The notes under the pieces were generated by a model. It did no database searches. It was not told the DNA's origin and saw nothing but the letters and a program-made list of their open reading frames with translations. Below are positions 38,414 through 46,851 of a stretch of DNA of 64,000 bases, in pieces. The stretch is taken from the NCBI GenBank assembly GCA_018817715.1, contig JAHITT010000006.1, forward strand, positions 11,147 to 75,146. The letters are read 5' to 3'. Source of the DNA: Patescibacteria group bacterium (GTDB lineage Bacteria > Patescibacteriota > Patescibacteriia > Veblenbacterales > UBA10138). How positions within the stretch are numbered: position 1 is the first letter of the stretch; each line of letters begins with the position of its first letter. The translations under genes were made by a program, and so were the position numbers.

Positions 38414-39037
38414 ATGTCTCATCGATTAGGAACGATACCGGGCATTGTTATTAAAGAAGCTAGCCTAGCTAATGGTTCAAGCTTGGTTTCCATAATGAAG
38501 GCAGTGGCGGAAGGTGAAGTGGAAGTAAGAACTAAAGGTTTAGTAGTGGCTATTTGCGGTGGAAGTAGTTTGGCTCAGGATGATATTAATTGTTATAAAG
38601 CTCAGCAATTAGCCGCTGGTGTAGCTGCTCGAGGCGGGGTAATTGTCAACGGTGGAGAAAATAGCGGCCTTATGTTGGCGGTAGCCAGTGTGATTAGGGA
38701 TAGTGTTTTGGGAGTGGCTTGTCCTTATCATCAAACTATTCCTTATATAAACAAAACTATAGTGAATTCTTACCAAACTAGAAAAATGATAATAACAGTT
38801 ATGCCAACCGTGGTATTTTTTACCGGCCAGGTCGGCACTTTGGACGAGCTTATGACGACCATTGGTTGGGTTAAATCTTTGCTTAAACAAAATGCTTTAC
38901 CGCCTAATATATGGGTAGATGATTATTGGTGGGATGTGTTAGACTTACTAAACAATAAAAATGCCATTCAGGATAACGTTTGGCAGTATATTCATAAATT
39001 TACAGAAGTTGATGAAATATTAAAGTCTTTTGTTTAA
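38414..39037 (+). CDS. LOG-family Rossmann-fold protein (intact)
   Basis: VAICGGSSL, GGENSGLMLAV and FFTGQVGTLDELMTTIGW (GGxxGxMG and PGGxGTxxE equivalents). Confidence 0.6.
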   Translation: MSHRLGTIPGIVIKEASLANGSSLVSIMKAVAEGEVEVRTKGLVVAICGGSSLAQDDINCYKAQQLAAGVAARGGVIVNGGENSGLMLAVASVIRDSVLGVACPYHQTIPYINKTIVNSYQTRKMIITVMPTVVFFTGQVGTLDELMTTIGWVKSLLKQNALPPNIWVDDYWWDVLDLLNNKNAIQDNVWQYIHKFTEVDEILKSFV

Positions 39038-39061
39038 ATTATTAGTAATTATTTATAAGTT

Positions 39062-39334
39062 ATGAGTCAAAAATCTTTACGTTTGGAAATATTAGAAAAA
39101 GTTTCCCAGTTAGCCACAGCTGGTTTTGGTTTAGTGGCGGCTTTAGCTTGGAACGACGCCATTCAAACCTTATTCAAGGAATTATTCGGTACTCAATCGG
39201 CGGTCTGGGCCAAATTCGGTTATGCTATATTAATAACTGTTTTAGTAGTACTGGTAACTTATAAATTGGGAAATTTAATAAATAAATTAAAAGAGCAGTT
39301 AGGTCTAAACGACCAAGAGGATAAGAAAAATTAA
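39062..39334 (+). CDS. small membrane protein (hypothetical)
   Basis: 90 aa with two hydrophobic helices. Confidence 0.4.
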   Translation: MSQKSLRLEILEKVSQLATAGFGLVAALAWNDAIQTLFKELFGTQSAVWAKFGYAILITVLVVLVTYKLGNLINKLKEQLGLNDQEDKKN

Positions 39335-39353
39335 TTGTAAACAGTACTTAATA

Positions 39354-41081
39354 ATGGTTTTAGAAAAAAATTGGGTCGTAGCCGAGCCTGTCCAGGAAGA
39401 AATAATTGCTCGTTTTCCTAAAATAGGAAAACTGCTTTTACAATTATTGTGGAACAGGGGGATTAAACAAGCCGAGCAAATAGAAGAATATTTAAAGCCA
39501 GATTGGTTTAAAAACGTTTTGGATCCTTATTTGTTTAAACACATGACCAAAGCGGTTAAACGAATTTATGAAGCTATTGGCAATAAAGAAGTTATTGCGG
39601 TTTATGGCGATTACGACGCCGACGGCGTTTGCGCGGCTACTATTTTGTTAGATACTTTAAATAAATTAGGCGCCCAAACCGAATATTATATACCGCATCG
39701 AGAAAAAGAAGGTTATGGTTTAAAAAAGGAAGCTATTAATTATTTACAAACCAAAAAAGTTAGTTTAATAATAACTTGTGATTGTGGAATTGCTAATTTA
39801 ACTGAAGTGGCTTTTGCTAACAGTCAGGGCATAAATGTTATTATAACCGACCATCACCAAGCGCAAGACGCTTTGCCCGAAGCTTATGCTATTTTACATG
39901 CTGGTTTAGCAGAGGAAAAATATCCTTTTAAAAAACTTTCCGGTGGTGGTACAGCTTTTAAATTAGTTCAAGGTTTGTTGCGTTACGATGGTTGCCCCAT
40001 GCCAGCTAAAGCCGGGGAAGCTTGGGAAAAATGGTTATTAGATTTAGTAGCTATTTCTACTATTGCCGATATGGTTCCAGTGCAAGGAGAAAATAGAGTT
40101 TTAGTTAATTATGGTTTAACCGTGCTTAAAAAAACTCAACGTTTGGGTTTACAAAAATTAATGCAAGTAGCTAATATAAATGTTGATAAAATTAGTGCTC
40201 AAACTGTTTCTTTTCAAATTGCTCCGCGTTTAAACGCAGCTGGTCGCCTAGACCATGCCAATACGGCTTTGGCCTTATTAATGGCTAATAATGAGCAGGA
40301 AGCGACGGAATTAGCTAAATCAATTTCTTTAACCAATAGCCGCCGCCAAAAAATAACCGAAGAAATGTTTGAAGCGGCCAAAAAACAAATAGGCGAGCTG
40401 GCGGTGGATAAATATTTAGTCCAGGCCTATCAGGCTGATTGGCAATTGGGTATGGTTGGTTTAGTGGCTGGCAAGCTGGTTCAGTATTATAATCGTCCGG
40501 CTTTGGTTTTATGTGATAATAATGGGCAAATTATGGGTTCGGGCCGCAGTGGTATAGGTGATTTTGATTTAGCCGCCACTTTTACTGATTTAAAAGAATA
40601 TTTAACTAATTATGGCGGGCATAAAGAAGCGGCTGGTTTAAGTTTGCCTAAAGCCAATTTAGAAATATTTTTACAAGCCATGGATAAAGCCGCGGCTCTT
40701 AAATTAAATAAACAAAATTTATCAGCCGAGCTTAAGATTGACGCCGAACTTAAATTAGCGGAAATAAATTGGGATCTTTTACAAACAGTGTCTAAGGTTG
40801 AGCCGGTGGGCCAAACTAATCCCGGTGTATTGTTGGTTAGTCGGGGCTTGCGTTTAGAGGAAATAAATCCGGTTGGCTCGGATGGCCAGCATATTAGATT
40901 AATTATTTCTCAAGCCGGAACTAGCCAAAAGTTTATTTTTTTTAACGGAGCAACCAAAGTAATTAATTTAACCAAGGGTGCTATAATAGATGTGGTTTAT
41001 CAAGTGGGGATAAACGAATGGAATGGTAATCAAGAATTGCAATTAAAAATTATTGATATTAAAAGCCATGACCAGTCATAA
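39354..41081 (+). CDS. recJ: single-stranded-DNA-specific exonuclease RecJ
   Basis: DHH motifs VYGDYDADGVCAA, ITCDCG, ITDHH, and a DHHA1 region GGGHKEAAG. 575 aa. Confidence 0.85.
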   Translation: MVLEKNWVVAEPVQEEIIARFPKIGKLLLQLLWNRGIKQAEQIEEYLKPDWFKNVLDPYLFKHMTKAVKRIYEAIGNKEVIAVYGDYDADGVCAATILLDTLNKLGAQTEYYIPHREKEGYGLKKEAINYLQTKKVSLIITCDCGIANLTEVAFANSQGINVIITDHHQAQDALPEAYAILHAGLAEEKYPFKKLSGGGTAFKLVQGLLRYDGCPMPAKAGEAWEKWLLDLVAISTIADMVPVQGENRVLVNYGLTVLKKTQRLGLQKLMQVANINVDKISAQTVSFQIAPRLNAAGRLDHANTALALLMANNEQEATELAKSISLTNSRRQKITEEMFEAAKKQIGELAVDKYLVQAYQADWQLGMVGLVAGKLVQYYNRPALVLCDNNGQIMGSGRSGIGDFDLAATFTDLKEYLTNYGGHKEAAGLSLPKANLEIFLQAMDKAAALKLNKQNLSAELKIDAELKLAEINWDLLQTVSKVEPVGQTNPGVLLVSRGLRLEEINPVGSDGQHIRLIISQAGTSQKFIFFNGATKVINLTKGAIIDVVYQVGINEWNGNQELQLKIIDIKSHDQS

Positions 41082-41490
41082 TAATTTAATTATTCGAACC
41101 GACGGTGGTGCTCGAGGCAACCCAGGGCCGGCGGCTATTGGCGTGGTGATAGAAACCTGCGCCGGCCAGGTGGTTAAAAAATTTGGACGTTATATAGGCA
41201 AGGCCACCAATAATCAGGCAGAATACCAAGCTTTATTAGCGGCCTTACAAGAAGTTCAAAAATTAAAAGCCGAGATGGTAACTTGTTATTTGGACAGTGA
41301 ATTAGTTGTTAAACAATTAAATAGAGAATATCGGGTTAAAGATCAGGCTTTAGCAGTTTTGTTTATTAAGATTTGGAATCTTTCCCAGGGTTTTAAAAAA
41401 ATCTCTTTTCATCATGTGTTAAGAGAACATAATAAAGCAGCTGATGCTTTAGTGAATGAGGCTTTGGATAAGCAGGAATTAGAAGTTTAA
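41068..41490 (+). CDS. rnhA: ribonuclease HI
   Basis: IRTDGGARGNPGPAAIGVVI and NNQAEYQALLAAL (the DEDD catalytic residues of RNase H). Starts at the ATG at 41068, overlapping the recJ 3' end. Confidence 0.8.
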   Translation: MTSHNNLIIRTDGGARGNPGPAAIGVVIETCAGQVVKKFGRYIGKATNNQAEYQALLAALQEVQKLKAEMVTCYLDSELVVKQLNREYRVKDQALAVLFIKIWNLSQGFKKISFHHVLREHNKAADALVNEALDKQELEV

Positions 41491-41497
41491 ATTTAGT

Positions 41498-41536
41498 CTA
41501 AACGCCTCAACCTAAATATAGGTTGAGGCGTTTAAG
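41498..41536. terminator. bidirectional terminator hairpin
   Basis: AAACGCCTCAACC-(8 nt)-GGTTGAGGCGTTT perfect 13 bp stem. It lies between rnhA (+) and the 3' end of RNase P RNA (-). Confidence 0.6.
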
Positions 41537-41541
41537 TATTT

Positions 41542-41936
41542 GCCAAACATATTCTATAAGCCGAATTCTGTATCCCGCGAACGCGGGACGATAGTTATCT
41601 ATCTAGATCGCTTTTCGCAAAGCGACTCAAGCTACCAACCCGCTCCCGCCAAGGCGGGAGCCTATTTGGTATTGCACCGAGTAGAGTTTGCCTAGCCTTT
41701 ATTGTCGCCAATAAAGCTGGTGAGCTTTTACCTCACCGTTTCACCCATCACTCCCGCCAAAAGGCGGGGGCTGGTTTGTTTTCTGTTGCACTTGTCCTGC
41801 TAATCAGGTTAAAAACTGATTAACGGTTCCTGTTAGGAATTACTCTTCCCTAAAGACGGGAACGCTATGGTGTTCGGACTTTCCTCTCCTTACCCTTATA
41901 AAGAGTAAAGGAGCAACTATCCGAATAAGCTTGGCC
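41542..41936 (-). ncRNA. rnpB: RNase P RNA (bacterial type A)
   Basis: The minus strand contains GAGGAAAGTCCGAAC (P4 5' strand) and CAACAGAAAACAAACC. It also contains GGGTGAAACGGTGAGGTAAAAGCTCACCAGC (P10.1/P11 universally conserved block) and ACAGAATTCGGCTTAT (P4 3' strand). A P1 helix is formed by GCCAAGCTTATTC/GAATATGTTTGGC. About 395 nt. Confidence 0.8.
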
Positions 41937-42034
41937 TAAAAAAACTAACATAAGGGTAGTAATTGTCAAGTGTTTTAAGGACCAGCTTAAGCATAGACTA
42001 AGTAGTGGTTTTTTTGCTAAAATAAAATAAGTTT

Positions 42035-43411
42035 ATGCCTAAATTACGTCTTTTTTTAGCTACTTTGGCCTTACCACTGGATTATGTACTGGTTTTTTTA
42101 GCCGGTCTAACAGCTTATCGACTTCGTTTTGAAGGTTTTATAACAGAGTTAAGGCCGGTTTTATTTGATATTGCCTGGTCTAATTTTGTTTTGACTATGG
42201 TAGTGGCGGCCGGGGTCGTAGTTGTTTTGTTTTCTTTAAACGGTTTGTATCAGTTAAATAGGCACTTAAAATTTGTTCAGGAGATAAGTCGAATAATCGC
42301 AGCCAGCACTTTAGGCCTGGCTATAATAATGGGTTGGTTCTTTTTTAACCCCACCTTGTTTGGTTCTCGTTTTATTGTTTTAGCCGCTTGGCTTTTGGTT
42401 ATAATTTTTGTTAGTTTAGGCCGAGTTTTTTTAAGATGGTTGCGTTACTATTTTTATAAAGTAGGTTATGGTGTTAGTCGTTTAGCTTTAATTGGTCAGG
42501 ATACAGCTAGTCAGGAATTAATTAATTTATTTATTAAAAATAAATCTTTGGGTTTCCAAGTCGTTGTTCAGTTAGGTATTGACCAAATAAGTAATTTAGC
42601 GGCTTGGCAAAATAAAATAGATGAAGTAATAGTTGGTGACCCTAAAAATAGCCATGATAATAATTTAAAATTATTAGAATTTTGTTCAGCTAATCATTTG
42701 GGTTTTCGTTACGCCGCCGATATGTTTGAGGCCCAAACCCATAATGTGGTAGTGCAAACTTTAGCCGGCGTGCCTTTAATTGAAATTAAAAGAACGCCCT
42801 TAGATGGTTGGGGCCGGGTGGTTAAAAGAATTTTTGATATAGTTTTTTCTTTAAGTGGTTTAATTATTTTAAGTCCGGTATTTTTGGTGTTGGCCTTGTT
42901 GGTGCTTATAGATTCTGGCCGACCGATTTGGGTGGTGTTGGATAGGGTAGCCGAAAGCAATAAATTGTTTAAACTTTATAAATTTCGTTCCATGATAAAA
43001 CAGGCGGCAGCTCTAAAATCTGATTTAATAAAGTATAATGAACGATCGGATGGACCTTTGTTTAAAATGAGCAACGACCCCAGGGTAACTTCTTTGGGCA
43101 AGCATTTGCGACGCTGGTCCTTAGACGAATTACCTCAGTTATGGAATGTTTTAAAGGGGGATATGTCTTTGGTTGGCCCTAGGCCGCATGAACCGGCCGA
43201 AGTAGCTAATTATTCTATTTATCAAAAAAAACTTTTAAATATTAAACCAGGTATTACCGGTTTAGCTCAAATATCCGGCCGGTCTAATTTAAGTTTTAAT
43301 GAAGAAGTTAAGTTAGATTTATTTTATATAGAAAATTGGTCTCTAACTCAGGATTTGTTTATATTATTCAAAACCATTTTTGTTGTTTTGGGTCGGCGTA
43401 ACGCGGTTTAA
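42035..43411 (+). CDS. undecaprenyl-phosphate sugar phosphotransferase (WbaP/bacterial sugar transferase family)
   Basis: N-terminal TM bundle. C-terminal YKFRSM...DELPQLWNVLKGDMSLVGPRP...ENWSL family signature. Confidence 0.8.
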   Translation: MPKLRLFLATLALPLDYVLVFLAGLTAYRLRFEGFITELRPVLFDIAWSNFVLTMVVAAGVVVVLFSLNGLYQLNRHLKFVQEISRIIAASTLGLAIIMGWFFFNPTLFGSRFIVLAAWLLVIIFVSLGRVFLRWLRYYFYKVGYGVSRLALIGQDTASQELINLFIKNKSLGFQVVVQLGIDQISNLAAWQNKIDEVIVGDPKNSHDNNLKLLEFCSANHLGFRYAADMFEAQTHNVVVQTLAGVPLIEIKRTPLDGWGRVVKRIFDIVFSLSGLIILSPVFLVLALLVLIDSGRPIWVVLDRVAESNKLFKLYKFRSMIKQAAALKSDLIKYNERSDGPLFKMSNDPRVTSLGKHLRRWSLDELPQLWNVLKGDMSLVGPRPHEPAEVANYSIYQKKLLNIKPGITGLAQISGRSNLSFNEEVKLDLFYIENWSLTQDLFILFKTIFVVLGRRNAV

Positions 43412-43465
43412 AACTTTTTTATTTTCTATTGTTTTTAAGTACTGGTTAAGTTATTGTTACCAAAT

Positions 43466-44563
43466 ATGAAAATAGCTTTAGCTCATGATCATTTGAATCA
43501 AATTGGTGGCGCCGAAAACGTTTTAGCTGAATTTCATCGCTTTTATCCCGAAGCGCCGATTTTTACGTTATTACATGATCAGGAAGCCATGGCTAATTTT
43601 ACTAAAGATTGGGATGTACGAACTTCTTTTATACAAGATTTACCCGGGGGTTTAAGATTTTTTAAATGGTTTTTGTCTCTTATGCCGGCGGCCGTGGAGC
43701 ATTTTGATTTAAGAGATTATGATTTGGTTATTACTTCGGCTTCAGCTTTAATAAAAGGTGTTCTAGTTCAACCGGAAGCAGTAAATATTTGTTATTGCCA
43801 TACGCCGACTCGCTATTTATGGAGCGATACACATAGTTATACTTCCGATTTGCCTCAACCAAGAATTATTAAAAAGGTTTTACCTTTGGTTCTTAGTAAA
43901 TTAAGGCAGTGGGATTTTGTGGCTGCTCAAAGAGTAGACCATTATGTGGCCAATTCTAATTTTGTGGCGGCTCGCATTGCTAAATATTATCGGCGCCAGG
44001 CTAAAGTTATTTATCCGCCGGTTAATACTGATTTGTGGGGCGAACCTCAAGAGCCAGAAGATTTCTTTTTGTTGGTCTCGCGCTTACGGCCTTATAAAAA
44101 AGTGGATTTAGCCATTAAAGCCTTTAATAAACTGGGCATTCCCTTAAAAATAATCGGCAGCGGTGAGCAAACAGAAGAATTAAAAGCTTTGGCTGGAAAA
44201 AATATAGAATTTTTAGGTCAGGTAACCGATCAGGTTAAGGCGGATTATTTGGCCCGTTGTCGCGCTTTAATTCATCCCCAAGAAGAAGATTTTGGTTTAA
44301 CAGTCATTGAAGCTATGGCGGCTGGCCGGCCGGTTATCGCTTACGCGGCTGGCGGTGCTTTAGAAACCATTAACCCTGGTCAAAATGGGGTATTTTTTAA
44401 AGAACAAAGTTGGGAAGCTTTAGCCGACGCGGTTATACGTTTTCGTTATCAAGATTTTGATCAGTTGGCTATTCAACAAACCGCTACTCGTTTTTCTCGC
44501 CAGCAATTCGCTCAAAATTGGCAAGCTTATGTAGACGGTTTAAAAATAAAAAATAATTTATGA
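43466..44563 (+). CDS. glycosyltransferase family 1
   Basis: Starts MKIALAHDHL, a typical GT1 N-terminus. C-terminal FGLTVIEAMAAGRPVIAYAAGG motif. Confidence 0.75.
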   Translation: MKIALAHDHLNQIGGAENVLAEFHRFYPEAPIFTLLHDQEAMANFTKDWDVRTSFIQDLPGGLRFFKWFLSLMPAAVEHFDLRDYDLVITSASALIKGVLVQPEAVNICYCHTPTRYLWSDTHSYTSDLPQPRIIKKVLPLVLSKLRQWDFVAAQRVDHYVANSNFVAARIAKYYRRQAKVIYPPVNTDLWGEPQEPEDFFLLVSRLRPYKKVDLAIKAFNKLGIPLKIIGSGEQTEELKALAGKNIEFLGQVTDQVKADYLARCRALIHPQEEDFGLTVIEAMAAGRPVIAYAAGGALETINPGQNGVFFKEQSWEALADAVIRFRYQDFDQLAIQQTATRFSRQQFAQNWQAYVDGLKIKNNL

Positions 44564-45711
44564 TTATCGGCCTAGATTTAAGATGTTTGCAGGATAATTG
44601 GCGAACCGGCGTGGGGGAATATGCCTGGCAAACCATTAAGCATTTAGCAGAACCTAATTTTAAATTAAATTTAATTGGTTACGCCAATGCGGCCGGTTCT
44701 ATAAAGTTGCCGGAGGATTTACCTGCTAACTTAAAATTAATCAGACAAAGAATTCCTAATCGTCTTAAGAATTTATCCTTTTATTTGGGCTTAGAAAATA
44801 TTGAATCCGCTTTAACCATTAATAAGCAGGCGCCAGATGTTTTGTGGTTACCTAATCCCATGTTTGTTAATTGGTCAGCCAGCCAGCCAGCTGTTTTAAC
44901 CGTGCATGATTTATCTTTTATTCATTATAAAAAATTTTTCCCTGGGCGTGGCCGTTTATGGTATTTTCCTATGGTTAAAAAACTTTTGCGACAATTACCC
45001 AAAACTACTAAAATTGCGGCGGTTTCTAATTATACAGCCGATGATTTGTTGGAGCAGTATCCTAATTTAACCGGTCAGGTGGAAGTTGTTTACCCAGGGG
45101 TGGAAGAAAAATATTTTCCACAAATAGCAATCGATAAACTCACGCCCGTATTGGCTAAATATAATTTGTCGCGGCCCTATTTTTTAACCTTGGGAACTAT
45201 TGAGCCTAGGAAAAATCATTTATTGCTACTTAATTTATACAGCCGTTTAGTACAAAAAAATCCAGCTTATCCCTATGATTTAGTAATAGCTGGCGCTTGG
45301 GGTTGGCGGACTAAAAAAATTTCTGCTTTATTAAAAAAATTAAAATTAGGTGATCGGGTAAAAGTTTTAGGTTATCTACCGGCTGAGGATAAACCGTTTC
45401 TTTATCAAGGCGCTAAATTATTTCTTTATCCGTCCTTTTACGAAGGCTTTGGTATGCCGGTTTTAGAAGCTATGGCTTCGGGCTTACCAGTCTTAGCCAG
45501 TCAAACTTCCTCTTTACCCGAAGTGGTGGGTGAGAGCGGTTTATTACTTAATCCTTATGATTTAAAGCCCTGGCTTAAAGCTGTGGAGCAATTAATTAGT
45601 GATGATTCTTTAGCCAGTCAATTTAGCCAAGCTGGAAGAATTAGAGCTAAAGATTTTACTTGGTCCAAAACAGCTGCCAGTTACGTGGCTTTGTTTGTAA
45701 ATAGTCAATAA
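44560..45711 (+). CDS. glycosyltransferase family 1
   Basis: EGFGMPVLEAMASGLPVLAS motif. ATGA overlap with the upstream gene. Confidence 0.7.
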   Translation: MIIGLDLRCLQDNWRTGVGEYAWQTIKHLAEPNFKLNLIGYANAAGSIKLPEDLPANLKLIRQRIPNRLKNLSFYLGLENIESALTINKQAPDVLWLPNPMFVNWSASQPAVLTVHDLSFIHYKKFFPGRGRLWYFPMVKKLLRQLPKTTKIAAVSNYTADDLLEQYPNLTGQVEVVYPGVEEKYFPQIAIDKLTPVLAKYNLSRPYFLTLGTIEPRKNHLLLLNLYSRLVQKNPAYPYDLVIAGAWGWRTKKISALLKKLKLGDRVKVLGYLPAEDKPFLYQGAKLFLYPSFYEGFGMPVLEAMASGLPVLASQTSSLPEVVGESGLLLNPYDLKPWLKAVEQLISDDSLASQFSQAGRIRAKDFTWSKTAASYVALFVNSQ

Positions 45712-45714
45712 ATT

Positions 45715-46821
45715 ATGCGCTTAGCTATTGATGCCAGATTATTCGGTCCCAGGCAACATCGCGGTTTAGGCCGTTATCTTAGTAATTTGATTAATCAATT
45801 AGCTAAACAGGATAAGCTGAATGATTATTTTTTATTGATTAATCCCAAAAATAGCGAACAGCCTGAAAATTTGCCCAGTAATTTTCATTTAGTAAAGGCT
45901 CCTTGGCCAGTTTATGGTTTAGCTGAGCAATTTTTTTTACCCAGGTTAATTGTCAAATTAAAAGTTGATTTAGTCCACTATCCTCATTTTAATGTACCCT
46001 GGTTAACACCGCGGCCTTATTTGGTTACAGTACATGATCTTATTATTCATCATTTTCCTTTTAGTCGAACCAGTTCTTTGCCTAAGTTTTTATATTTTAT
46101 AAAATTGTCGGTTTATTATGCCGTAATTAAACGGGCAGTTAGTCGGGCCGCCCAAGTTTTAACAGTCAGCCACAGCACGGCTCAAGACTTAATAAGTCAC
46201 TATCCAAAAATTAAAAGTAAAATAGCGGTTATTTATTTGGCCCCGACCCCTAGCCAGCCAACGGATTTGCAAGTTGGTTATGATTATTTTTTGGTGGTTG
46301 GAGCAGCTTATCCGCACAAAAATTTAGAGCGTTTAATTTTAGCTTATGCGGCTGGTAATTTTGCCAATAAAAATATTAAATTGCTAGTGGTTGGTCGGGA
46401 AGATTTTTTTACTAATCGTTTAAAAAAATTAATTAAAGATAAAAATTTAGACTCGGCTGTTATTTTTTGGGGCCCAGCCAGCGAAGGGGATTTAGCCGCC
46501 CTTTATAGCCAGGCCACAGCTTATGTTTTACCTTCTTTGTGGGAGGGGTTTGGTTTTGGTCCCTTAGAAGCCCTGGCTTACCATAAGCCGGTGGTAGTAT
46601 CGGCTTTGCCAGTTCTTAAAGAAATACTCGGCCAAGCGCCAATTTATTTTAATCCGCAACAGGTGGAGGATATAAAAAATAAATTACAAGAAGCACTGGA
46701 CAAGCCAATTGCCAAAGTTTTTTCACCAGCCACCTTGCCACGGATTTATGATTGGTCTATTACTGGACAGCAAGTTTTAGCCATTTATCAATCATTTAAA
46801 ACACGACTACAGGTTGAATAA
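45715..46821 (+). CDS. glycosyltransferase family 1
   Basis: EGFGFGPLEALAYHKPVVVS motif. 368 aa. Confidence 0.7.
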   Translation: MRLAIDARLFGPRQHRGLGRYLSNLINQLAKQDKLNDYFLLINPKNSEQPENLPSNFHLVKAPWPVYGLAEQFFLPRLIVKLKVDLVHYPHFNVPWLTPRPYLVTVHDLIIHHFPFSRTSSLPKFLYFIKLSVYYAVIKRAVSRAAQVLTVSHSTAQDLISHYPKIKSKIAVIYLAPTPSQPTDLQVGYDYFLVVGAAYPHKNLERLILAYAAGNFANKNIKLLVVGREDFFTNRLKKLIKDKNLDSAVIFWGPASEGDLAALYSQATAYVLPSLWEGFGFGPLEALAYHKPVVVSALPVLKEILGQAPIYFNPQQVEDIKNKLQEALDKPIAKVFSPATLPRIYDWSITGQQVLAIYQSFKTRLQVE

Positions 46822-46851
46822 TTGCTCAGCTTCTCCTACAATTAACTTGTT

